A DNA stretch of 16,145 nt. Origin: an uncultured archaeon (GTDB taxonomy: Archaea > Asgardarchaeota > Thorarchaeia > Thorarchaeales > Thorarchaeaceae). Of the stretch, positions 8,475-15,537 are shown one piece after another. How positions within the stretch are numbered: position 1 is the stretch's first letter; each line of letters starts with the position of its first letter. A program made the translations under genes and the position numbers. Under the pieces are notes generated by a model. That model worked only from the letters and a program-made list of their open reading frames with translations, did not search any database and was not told where the DNA came from. The DNA is taken from positions 1 to 16,145 of the forward strand of contig CAZPWM010000074.1 of NCBI GenBank assembly GCA_964590575.1, written 5' to 3'.

Positions 8475-8606
8475 GACCCGGAACAAGACCAAACGAGAAA
8501 TTTCCAACACGAGAATGGATGCACTGAATACGAGAAAGCTGTGGATTGTGAGCTTCAATGCGAGATTCCTATGCCTTATTCCGGGTCTGGGTTAGGATGC
8601 CTAACC
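8475..8606 (-). ncRNA. Candidate novel structured non-coding RNA with four UCUCG motifs
   Basis: Stems found by hand: 8590-8596/8600-8606 (7 bp perfect), 8475-8489/8573-8587 (15 bp), 8521-8528/8554-8561 (8 bp), 8538-8540/8551-8553 and 8503-8506/8516-8519. All three non-Watson-Crick positions are G-U pairs on the minus strand (A-C mismatches on plus). TATA-like CTTATATT at 8640-8633. Confidence 0.6.
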
Positions 8607-8632
8607 ACGTGAGAAAAACAGCATTAAGTTTG

Positions 8633-8651
8633 AATATAAGGTGTGGTTTCG
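8633..8651 (-). promoter_or_regulatory. Putative TATA box (with possible BRE) for the candidate ncRNA
   Basis: Minus strand reads CGAAACCACAC-CTTATATT, ending about 27 nt upstream of the 5' hairpin at 8606. Confidence 0.4.
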
Positions 8652-8745
8652 TAGCAGCAATATCCATTAGATTTATTTGGTCAAAAACTGGGCTTCGCGG
8701 TTATCATCCGTGATGTCCTTGACTCGTTCTATGAGAGAATTGATG

Positions 8746-9618
8746 TTATTTCAGACATGCATGTGATTTCAGATTGTTAATTTTACCATTAATCACGGCT
8801 ATGGGCATTGCCTTTGCGTTTATCGAATAACCATAATTTCCTTCATTGTCCACCACTATGATGCCAGCCTCACTACCAGTCTTTTCCTCGAACATGTCCA
8901 TTCCCTTCTTTGCAGCAGACATGACATCAAGCCCCTCTTCAACATAGAGCGCTGTCATTCTACTTAATAGAACACGCATAATGTGTTCACCCCAACCTGT
9001 TGCTGAAGCTCCGCACACATCATTCGCATATGCCCCAGCTCCCATGATAGGAGAATCTCCTACTCTCCCAGGTAGTTTCTTCTGGATTCCCCCTGTAGAT
9101 GAGGTTGCAGCTATATTACCATCAGTATCTACAACCAGGCAGCCTACCGTGTCGCCAGCAGGAGAGATGTTGGGCATCTCAATCACTCCACATTCGACTT
9201 CTTGACGATACCCTTCCTCAATCATCTTTTCATAGACTCTCTTTGCGTTTTCACCAGCAAAGAAATTATAATCCGTCTTCTCCATGATATATCGAGCTAA
9301 TGAAATTGGATTATGAATTCCAATTATTGCTCCAACTGAACCGAACTGAAGATTCTTCCCGTCAACAATCATTGCATCTAGTTCACGGAGACCATCTTGA
9401 TTAACGGTTGCCCCTTTACCGGCATTTAGATTTCCGCAGCTCTCCATGAAAAGTGTACATGCCTCAGCAGCATCTAGTACTGACCCTCCATCCGTGAGGA
9501 CCTTAAAGCCTGCATTTGCAGCCTTTTCAACATGTTCGATTCCTATAGGGATTCTCTCATCTTTCCAAGAACCTGCTCCACCATGGACAATTATCATTGG
9601 AAGTTTCATATTCATCAC
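8746..9618 (-). CDS. iaaA: Isoaspartyl peptidase / plant-type L-asparaginase (Ntn hydrolase)
   Basis: IIVHGGAG, LDAMIVDG, autocleavage site GD|TVG, TSSTGG, GRVGDSP, SATGWGE. The start may be ATG 9615 or 9609. Confidence 0.93.
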   Translation of the reverse strand: MMNMKLPMIIVHGGAGSWKDERIPIGIEHVEKAANAGFKVLTDGGSVLDAAEACTLFMESCGNLNAGKGATVNQDGLRELDAMIVDGKNLQFGSVGAIIGIHNPISLARYIMEKTDYNFFAGENAKRVYEKMIEEGYRQEVECGVIEMPNISPAGDTVGCLVVDTDGNIAATSSTGGIQKKLPGRVGDSPIMGAGAYANDVCGASATGWGEHIMRVLLSRMTALYVEEGLDVMSAAKKGMDMFEEKTGSEAGIIVVDNEGNYGYSINAKAMPIAVINGKINNLKSHACLK

Positions 9619-9678
9619 CGCGAATCGATGCTTAATCGTCGAAAAGTATTGCCGTGATAACCCTATCTCTTCATTAAT

Positions 9679-10161
9679 TTAGAAATCAAATCCAAGTCCT
9701 GATTCTATTCGCCCACCGTACAAGCTGTCCTTCAGACCTTGATATTCATGCGCGGACATTCCAATCTCGCCTGTAGCGACTACTCGAACACGTATTGGCA
9801 TTTCATGACTGAACGTTATATTATATTCTGCCTTCTTTGGATTCAGACAGAAAAAGTATACTGCAACCACCTCGACAATAATCACCAATGCAATATATGC
9901 AAAAATCCCGAATAGAAACGCATAGGGAGATGCCAACACGAACATGAACAGTACGGGTATACCAAGTAGCAAAGCAATGCAAGGATAGAAGCAGAGCTTC
10001 ATGTCATGTTTCGTTTTAGTCAAAATGATATGATGTTCTGATTTTACTTCCATTATGTAATCCTTTCCAAGATATGAAGCATTCCAAGATTTCACCCTAT
10101 ATTTGACATCTGCCATAGTATAATTGTCAGGAACCGTGAATTCGTCATTAAATACGGACAT
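9679..10161 (-). CDS. Hypothetical 2-TM membrane protein (paralog of 10220..10741)
   Basis: Start re-called to ATG 10161 (AGGTGG RBS), which removes the overlap with the upstream gene. Shares TVPDNYTM, RVKSW, ILTKxKHDMK and FFCLxPxKA with its neighbour. Confidence 0.8.
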   Translation of the reverse strand: MSVFNDEFTVPDNYTMADVKYRVKSWNASYLGKDYIMEVKSEHHIILTKTKHDMKLCFYPCIALLLGIPVLFMFVLASPYAFLFGIFAYIALVIIVEVVAVYFFCLNPKKAEYNITFSHEMPIRVRVVATGEIGMSAHEYQGLKDSLYGGRIESGLGFDF

Positions 10162-10219
10162 GTTTTTCCACCTACTTCCGTTCTTGTTTACACATTCATT
10201 TAACCAATTTGAATCACTG

Positions 10220-10741
10220 TTAGTAATTGAGAGCTGGACCTCCGAATGGATCAGCTCCACCAAGGATAGCAGATTTGAGTGATTCGTATTCATACGCTGA
10301 CTTTTTCAGCTCTCCTGATCTATGAATTTGAATTTTAATTGGTAATTCATTTCCGAATCTCATTTCGAAGACTGCTTTTTGGGGTTTTAGACAGAAAAAT
10401 GCGACAGTAATCGCCATAATTACACCAATAACGGCGACATAGCCTGCCATTGCATTCAACAATGCTTCATAACTATAGGTTGGCTGAGTTATAAGAAAAG
10501 GTATCATCAGAAAAACACTCAGAAACATACCGACACATCCATAGCAACAAATCTTCATGTCGTGTTTCGCTTTCGTAAGAATGACGTGTTTCTCTGAAAC
10601 AACCTCCATCACATATTCCTGTCCTGAAGGAGTAACAAGCCATGACTTCACTCTTTTTTTGATATCTTCCATTGTATAATTATCAGGAACGGTGATTTCG
10701 TCGTCAGATGGAAGTATATTCGACCCCTCAAATTCGTACAT
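10220..10741 (-). CDS. Hypothetical 2-TM membrane protein (paralog of 9679..10161)
   Basis: GAGGTG RBS. Full-length similarity to the downstream gene. Confidence 0.82.
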   Translation of the reverse strand: MYEFEGSNILPSDDEITVPDNYTMEDIKKRVKSWLVTPSGQEYVMEVVSEKHVILTKAKHDMKICCYGCVGMFLSVFLMIPFLITQPTYSYEALLNAMAGYVAVIGVIMAITVAFFCLKPQKAVFEMRFGNELPIKIQIHRSGELKKSAYEYESLKSAILGGADPFGGPALNY

Positions 10742-10802
10742 CCAAGCACCTCACACCTACGGTCTTCTGTTTGTACTGCTCAGCTATTAATCTTATCGGC
10801 TG

Positions 10803-10849
10803 AAAAAACAGAGACGAAAAATAAATCGAAGAGGGGTCATAGACCCCTC
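10803..10849 (-). terminator. Hairpin + T-rich terminator of 10866..11294
   Basis: Perfect 8-bp stem GAGGGGTC-ATA-GACCCCTC (10831-10849), followed on the minus strand by TTCGATTTATTTTT...TTTTTT. Confidence 0.7.
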
Positions 10850-10865
10850 CCAAAAGTACTAAGAA

Positions 10866-11294
10866 TTACCACTGAGTACCTTCGAATGCTGCTTTGATTG
10901 ATCCCTGCATTAGGTAAATGATTACAATGAGTGAAATCACGATTGAAGGCGCCATAGCAATCAACATTAATGAAAGGAATATTCCGCCAAGAATGCCAGC
11001 AAGAGCAAAGACTAGTACAAAGCCAAGAATTAGACTGATGAGTTGCATTACGATTGCAGCCATCCTTGACCAGGGAATCATCTGGAATAGAGCTATGCCA
11101 ATAATCAAGTTGATTATCGCCATTATTACATAGTATGCTCCATACAGACCTCCATAAACAAGCAGATTTGCTGGTGTACTAATCAGGTTCAATACTGCAC
11201 CCAGAATCAGTAGGATTGCTAGTATCGTTACACCCAATGGTCTTTTCTTAACTGGTGATGAATAACCAGTAGTTGGTGTTGGTATTTCCGCCAT
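10866..11294 (-). CDS. Hypothetical 4-TM membrane protein (KRPxGVTILAIL type)
   Basis: KRPLGVTILAIL start of TM1, ALFQMIPWSR, IIYLM..IKAAF pattern common in archaeal 4-TM proteins. GGAGGG RBS. Confidence 0.85.
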   Translation of the reverse strand: MAEIPTPTTGYSSPVKKRPLGVTILAILLILGAVLNLISTPANLLVYGGLYGAYYVIMAIINLIIGIALFQMIPWSRMAAIVMQLISLILGFVLVFALAGILGGIFLSLMLIAMAPSIVISLIVIIYLMQGSIKAAFEGTQW

Positions 11295-11458
11295 AAACTT
11301 TCCCTCCAGATTAAAGGAGTGATTATGGAGAGGTAAATCGTTACTAATATATCTCCCGCTTACCTATTTTGCATAGCTCGTATTGTTTTTCTTTATTCCA
11401 CAATATGTTCTCAAATAATCTTAGTCAAACATGAAATCATGTACACTTAAGTTCAGAA

Positions 11459-12907
11459 TTGTATTCAAATCACCAAATGATTACCCTTCGTTACCTCTCT
11501 CGAGATGACCTTGATTCCATTCATCATGCTACATTGGAAATACTAGAAAATACCGGAGTTGCAATAAAGAATGAGCATGCCCGGGATTTGCTAGAAGATT
11601 CCGGGTGCACGGTAGAAGACAGACATGTAAAAATTCCTTCCTCACTAGTGAAGGAATCCATTAGCAAAGCTCCATCGTCATTCAATCTCTACTCTCGTGA
11701 AGGGGACAAATCTTACTCTATCGGATCTGATAACATAGTCTTCAATCCTGGATCATCAGCTGTTTATTTCAAGGACAGAAAAACAAGAGAGATTCGCAAG
11801 GGAACTTTGAATGATTGTATTGAACTCGCCAAGGTTGTCGAGGATCTCGAACATATCAAAGCTCAGAGTACTGCACTAGTGCCTTCTGATGTGCTTGACA
11901 ACCTTTCAGGGCTGTATAGACTCTACATCATCTTGAAACATTCATCAAAACCGATTATCACAGGAGCGTTCAGGAAAGAGGATGTAGTGAACATGAAACT
12001 ACTGCTTGAAGCTTCGGTAGGAGGTTCTGAGGAACTCGCTCAAAAACCTCGAGCAATTTTTGACTGTTGTCCGACATCACCTCTTTCGTGGGACGACACT
12101 GCTTCTCAACATTTGATGGATTGTTGTACGTATGGTATTCCTGCAGCAATAGTACCCGCACCATTGATAGGAGCTACAAGTCCAATTACAATCCAAGGCA
12201 CACTAGTCCAAACTAACGCAGAAATCCTGAGTGGAGTAGTCATATCCCAACTGACGAATTCCAGGTTTCCTATTGTTTATGGAGGTGCACCCGGGTCATT
12301 TGACATGAAATATGGTACTCCGAGATTTAGCGCAGTCGAGGCGATGCTCACAGCTTGTGCTTCAACTGAAATCGGAAAGCATTATGGGTTACCTACTCAA
12401 TCATACTTGGGAACAAGTGATGCCAAGGTTGAGGATTCGCAAAGTGGCTTTGAATCTGGTTCGGGTTTGATCTTCGGAGCACTATCAAAAATCAATATCA
12501 TTTCAGGTCCAGGTATGCTTGCACAACTAAACTGCCAATCTTTAGAAAAACTTGTTATTGATAACGAATTGTGCGGTTCAGCCTATAGATTCTCAAGAGG
12601 TATTGATTTTGAGGATATTGATGTATTTACAGAATTGATTTCAAAGGTAGGCTCAAGTGGGCAATACCTGAACCAAAAACATACCTCAAAGAAATTGAGA
12701 TCTGAACATTTCATGCCTTCAGATGTCATATGCAGACTGACTGCAGGCTCTTGGATGGAGTGTGGTTCAAAGAACACCTTTGATAGGGCTCGTGAGAAAG
12801 TGAATGTAATACTACAAGACCATACTCATGAGGATCCAGAGCAAATCGAAGAATTGGATCAAACCTTCGATGAGATCAAGAAGAAATACAATTCTTCTGG
12901 AAATTAA
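11459..12907 (+). CDS. Trimethylamine methyltransferase (MttB) superfamily corrinoid methyltransferase, non-pyrrolysine type
   Basis: IHHATLEILENTGV, PTSPL, GATSPITIQGTLVQTNAEILSG, SDAKVEDSQSGFES, SLEKLVIDNE. No in-frame TAG; the residue before SDAK (the Pyl site in methanogen MttB) is Thr. Confidence 0.93.
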   Translation: MYSNHQMITLRYLSRDDLDSIHHATLEILENTGVAIKNEHARDLLEDSGCTVEDRHVKIPSSLVKESISKAPSSFNLYSREGDKSYSIGSDNIVFNPGSSAVYFKDRKTREIRKGTLNDCIELAKVVEDLEHIKAQSTALVPSDVLDNLSGLYRLYIILKHSSKPIITGAFRKEDVVNMKLLLEASVGGSEELAQKPRAIFDCCPTSPLSWDDTASQHLMDCCTYGIPAAIVPAPLIGATSPITIQGTLVQTNAEILSGVVISQLTNSRFPIVYGGAPGSFDMKYGTPRFSAVEAMLTACASTEIGKHYGLPTQSYLGTSDAKVEDSQSGFESGSGLIFGALSKINIISGPGMLAQLNCQSLEKLVIDNELCGSAYRFSRGIDFEDIDVFTELISKVGSSGQYLNQKHTSKKLRSEHFMPSDVICRLTAGSWMECGSKNTFDRAREKVNVILQDHTHEDPEQIEELDQTFDEIKKKYNSSGN

Positions 12908-12928
12908 TGCAAAATAGGTTGTGAGCTA

Positions 12929-13630
12929 ATGAAAGATGTAGTGTCTGAGATTGATTGCATTAGAGCCAATGGCGACAATCGTGAGAAGAAGCGTGAAACA
13001 ATCGCCTTGGAAGCACAGATGCAATTGATAGTCAATGAGCAGCATGTCACGGATTTTCTATACAGTGCTGGTATGGATGAGCAGCTTGTAATTGGATACT
13101 TGTTATCTTCTGGATTGATAGCAGACCTCAAAGACATTGACAAAATAGAGGTAGGAAACGAGGTTGGCAAGGTGTTGATTTCGGATAAGGATGATAGGGA
13201 AGTACTCATCAAAGACGCTGGCATCACCATTTCTCACAGACAACTTATCGATATCCGTGCAAGGCTTCTAGATAACCAACCACATAATCGAGCTACCCGC
13301 GGATTCCATGGTGCAATTCTTTGGGAACTATCGACTGGCAAATGGTTCACTTGCGAGGATATTGGTCGACATAATGCCGTTGACAAAGTGATAGGTTACG
13401 GTCTTCAGAACGGATTTACACTCTCAGAGTCCATGGTTCTACTTTCTGGAAGACTTGTTTCAGATATCGTAGCAAAATGTAGGAATAGTGGAATTCCTCT
13501 CATGGCCTCTATGACTGTTGCAACCGATGGAGGAATTCAAAAAGGCGTTGAGTCAAACATGACAATCATCGGTGGACTCTCAGAAGATGGCTTCTGGTTG
13601 TACAATGAGGGAGTTGTCAAAGTAACATAA
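12929..13630 (+). CDS. fdhD: FdhD/NarQ family formate dehydrogenase accessory protein
   Basis: IGYLLSSGLI, TRGFHGA, EDIGRHNAVDKVIG, SGRLVSDIVAK. Starts 21 nt after the MttB-family stop. Confidence 0.88.
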   Translation: MKDVVSEIDCIRANGDNREKKRETIALEAQMQLIVNEQHVTDFLYSAGMDEQLVIGYLLSSGLIADLKDIDKIEVGNEVGKVLISDKDDREVLIKDAGITISHRQLIDIRARLLDNQPHNRATRGFHGAILWELSTGKWFTCEDIGRHNAVDKVIGYGLQNGFTLSESMVLLSGRLVSDIVAKCRNSGIPLMASMTVATDGGIQKGVESNMTIIGGLSEDGFWLYNEGVVKVT

Positions 13631-13818
13631 GAAGAATTAAGAACTCCTCATGATTCTTACAATTACTAAACCATTGGTGGTATGAATGTCAGACATTGAA
13701 ACTTGGGGAACATCCTCCTTTGAAGAGAAACATAAAGTAGTACTGAGTAACATGTCTGAAAAAATCAGAGTCTTGTCACAAACGAATCCTGTCCACTCAT
13801 ATAGAGGAGCCTATCAGA

Positions 13819-14721
13819 ATGGCAGCAGAAATAATCGCTAAGAAATCGCGAGAACTTTACGCTTTCGCAATTGTAGTCGGACTCTTTCTCTTGATAGGGC
13901 TTTTCTACATCAATGCATGGGATCTATCCGCCCTCATTTCCACAGACTACATGATCTTTCTCTTTTCTATGTCAGGTGTAACAATGAAGGTGATTAGTGG
14001 AATTGGGATAATGCTGACTTATGCTTCGTTGTGCAGGTTTGTTTTGGGATTTTTTTCAGATAGAATGAAAGGAAATCCATCTTTTGCTAGAAGAATAAAA
14101 TTAGCGCTCCTGATACCGGTTGTAGTTCTTGTTGCATATGGAATATTCAAAATCGTAGGTGTGTCCATTTCAGGTGGGGGTACTATTGATTTGCTAATCA
14201 CAATCTATGGTATTTGGTCATTGATGATATCTATCTATGTGCTTCCTGCTATCCAAGGAAGATATCAACCTGAATACAAGAGGTCTAGGAAAGACGAAAT
14301 TCGAAAACGATTTGGTGATGCAAAATTCTCGCTCTGGAGTGGTTACCAGACCCGAGTGCATAAGGAGTACGGCAAGGTATATGCAAAAGAGTTTGAAAGG
14401 TATGGAGAGAGAATGGACTACCTTCGAGCTCAACTTAGTGGAGTCATGCTGCTTCCATTAGGTATCTCATTGATTGTATTTCCTCCACTCGTTTTACCTT
14501 TAATTGTGCTTTGGCTGCGCTCTTTCACACTACATAAGAAGCCGTTGACCCTCTTTGAGAGGATATTCCTAGCTACAATTGCGATTGGAATGATGCTATT
14601 GAGTACATTCATATTCGTGATACTAGATGTTGCAGTAACGCAGGTACTCCTTGATACAGTCTATGGTCTGGGAATTCTCACCAGTATCATTGTCCTCGGA
14701 TATATTGTGATATCTTCCTGA
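13819..14721 (+). CDS. Hypothetical polytopic membrane protein (~7 TM with central basic soluble loop)
   Basis: 300-aa ORF, GAGGAG RBS, multiple hydrophobic helices. No family recognised. Confidence 0.8.
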   Translation: MAAEIIAKKSRELYAFAIVVGLFLLIGLFYINAWDLSALISTDYMIFLFSMSGVTMKVISGIGIMLTYASLCRFVLGFFSDRMKGNPSFARRIKLALLIPVVVLVAYGIFKIVGVSISGGGTIDLLITIYGIWSLMISIYVLPAIQGRYQPEYKRSRKDEIRKRFGDAKFSLWSGYQTRVHKEYGKVYAKEFERYGERMDYLRAQLSGVMLLPLGISLIVFPPLVLPLIVLWLRSFTLHKKPLTLFERIFLATIAIGMMLLSTFIFVILDVAVTQVLLDTVYGLGILTSIIVLGYIVISS

Positions 14722-14882
14722 TTGTATACCCTATTTCCACATCAACCTTCGTTTTGACCTCAAGGGTGAAAAGCGTACATTAGAATGTTAACATCAAAAT
14801 CTGGAGACACTGTATATCAAACCTGTTGGTCGAATAAATTAATGGAAGGGGAAACTAGTCTGCATATTTAAGAAAAAGAAAT

Positions 14883-15383
14883 CTATTCTTTTCCAAATGC
14901 ATTACTGACTCTTGCCATCGGACAACTTTCTTTGTTCATACAATTGTGACATAGAATTGAAAAGGATAGAAAGAAATGTGTGAAAAATAAACCGAGTAAA
15001 ACCAGAACAACACCAAAAAGAGTACTATTCCAATAAAGAATAAAAAGTGAAATAAATCCAATCAAATAATATACTGAACCGAATATCCCGACGAAAATTG
15101 CACCGAGTTCTAGCGCTCTTTTGCTATATTCTTTTTTTCTATAGACTACTTTTGCTAAAAAGGGCATGAAATATAATTGCAGCACTCCAGGACATAATTT
15201 ACTCTGAAAAGGACACTGCGAACAAATTATTCCACCTGCAAAATTGGTGAGGATATAAAACAGAATGAATAGTAACAACAATATGATTGATTTTGATGCT
15301 AGTAGAATTATAACTCCTAAGAAAGAAATGACAAGAGAGATTGTAGAAATCGTCAATTTATTTCTAACACTCTTAGAGAACAT
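14883..15383 (-). CDS. Hypothetical 4-TM membrane protein with two Cys clusters
   Basis: CSQCPFQSKLCPG after TM2 and CHNCMNKESCP after TM4. Confidence 0.75.
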   Translation of the reverse strand: MFSKSVRNKLTISTISLVISFLGVIILLASKSIILLLLFILFYILTNFAGGIICSQCPFQSKLCPGVLQLYFMPFLAKVVYRKKEYSKRALELGAIFVGIFGSVYYLIGFISLFILYWNSTLFGVVLVLLGLFFTHFFLSFSILCHNCMNKESCPMARVSNAFGKE

Positions 15384-15537
15384 AATTATTCAACTATATC
15401 ATCCGATAAGAAAGATTCGAAGATAAACTCAGATATTTCGATGGAACTAAAAGAGAAAAGGGGTTAATGAAAAAATCTCCAATAAGTTACGGCCAGAAAG
15501 TTAACCTTCATTACCACCGATTCATGTGATATGAATC

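Noticed and set aside
8491-8570. Mini CRISPR array from the repeated ACGAGAA units
   Set aside because: Repeats are only 5-10 nt with irregular spacing (16, 21, 30 nt), and no cas genes are present.
8475-8587. tRNA or tRNA-Sec (CTTCAAT at 8553-8559 resembles a UCA anticodon loop)
   Set aside because: No anticodon stem flanks it, there is no T-loop (GTTCRA) or D-loop consensus, and the G-U pairs favour the opposite strand.
8475-8587. MITE with 15-bp terminal inverted repeats
   Set aside because: No target-site duplication (flanks GTGC / TGGG), single copy in the window, and mismatches are systematically G-U compatible. Cannot be fully excluded without the whole genome.
8465-8606. SECIS element in the trxA 3' UTR
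   Set aside because: trxA has Cys codons (WCNPC) and no in-frame TGA, no AUGA/GA core is evident, and the structure folds better on the minus strand.
8330-8612. Track ORFs 8330..8524 (-) and 8358..8612 (+)
   Set aside because: They overlap thioredoxin, show no protein-like features, and the region is better explained by the RNA structure.
10162-10293. N-terminal extension of ORF 9679..10293
   Set aside because: It overlaps the upstream paralog. Homology and an RBS support a start at 10161.
11331-11365. Inverted repeat AGGTAA...TTACCT flanking TAATATAT in the divergent promoter
   Set aside because: Only 6-bp arms with a 23-nt spacer, too weak to distinguish from chance without comparative data.
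11459-12907. Pyrrolysine-containing MttB
   Set aside because: The frame is open with no TAG, and the Pyl-equivalent position is a normal residue.
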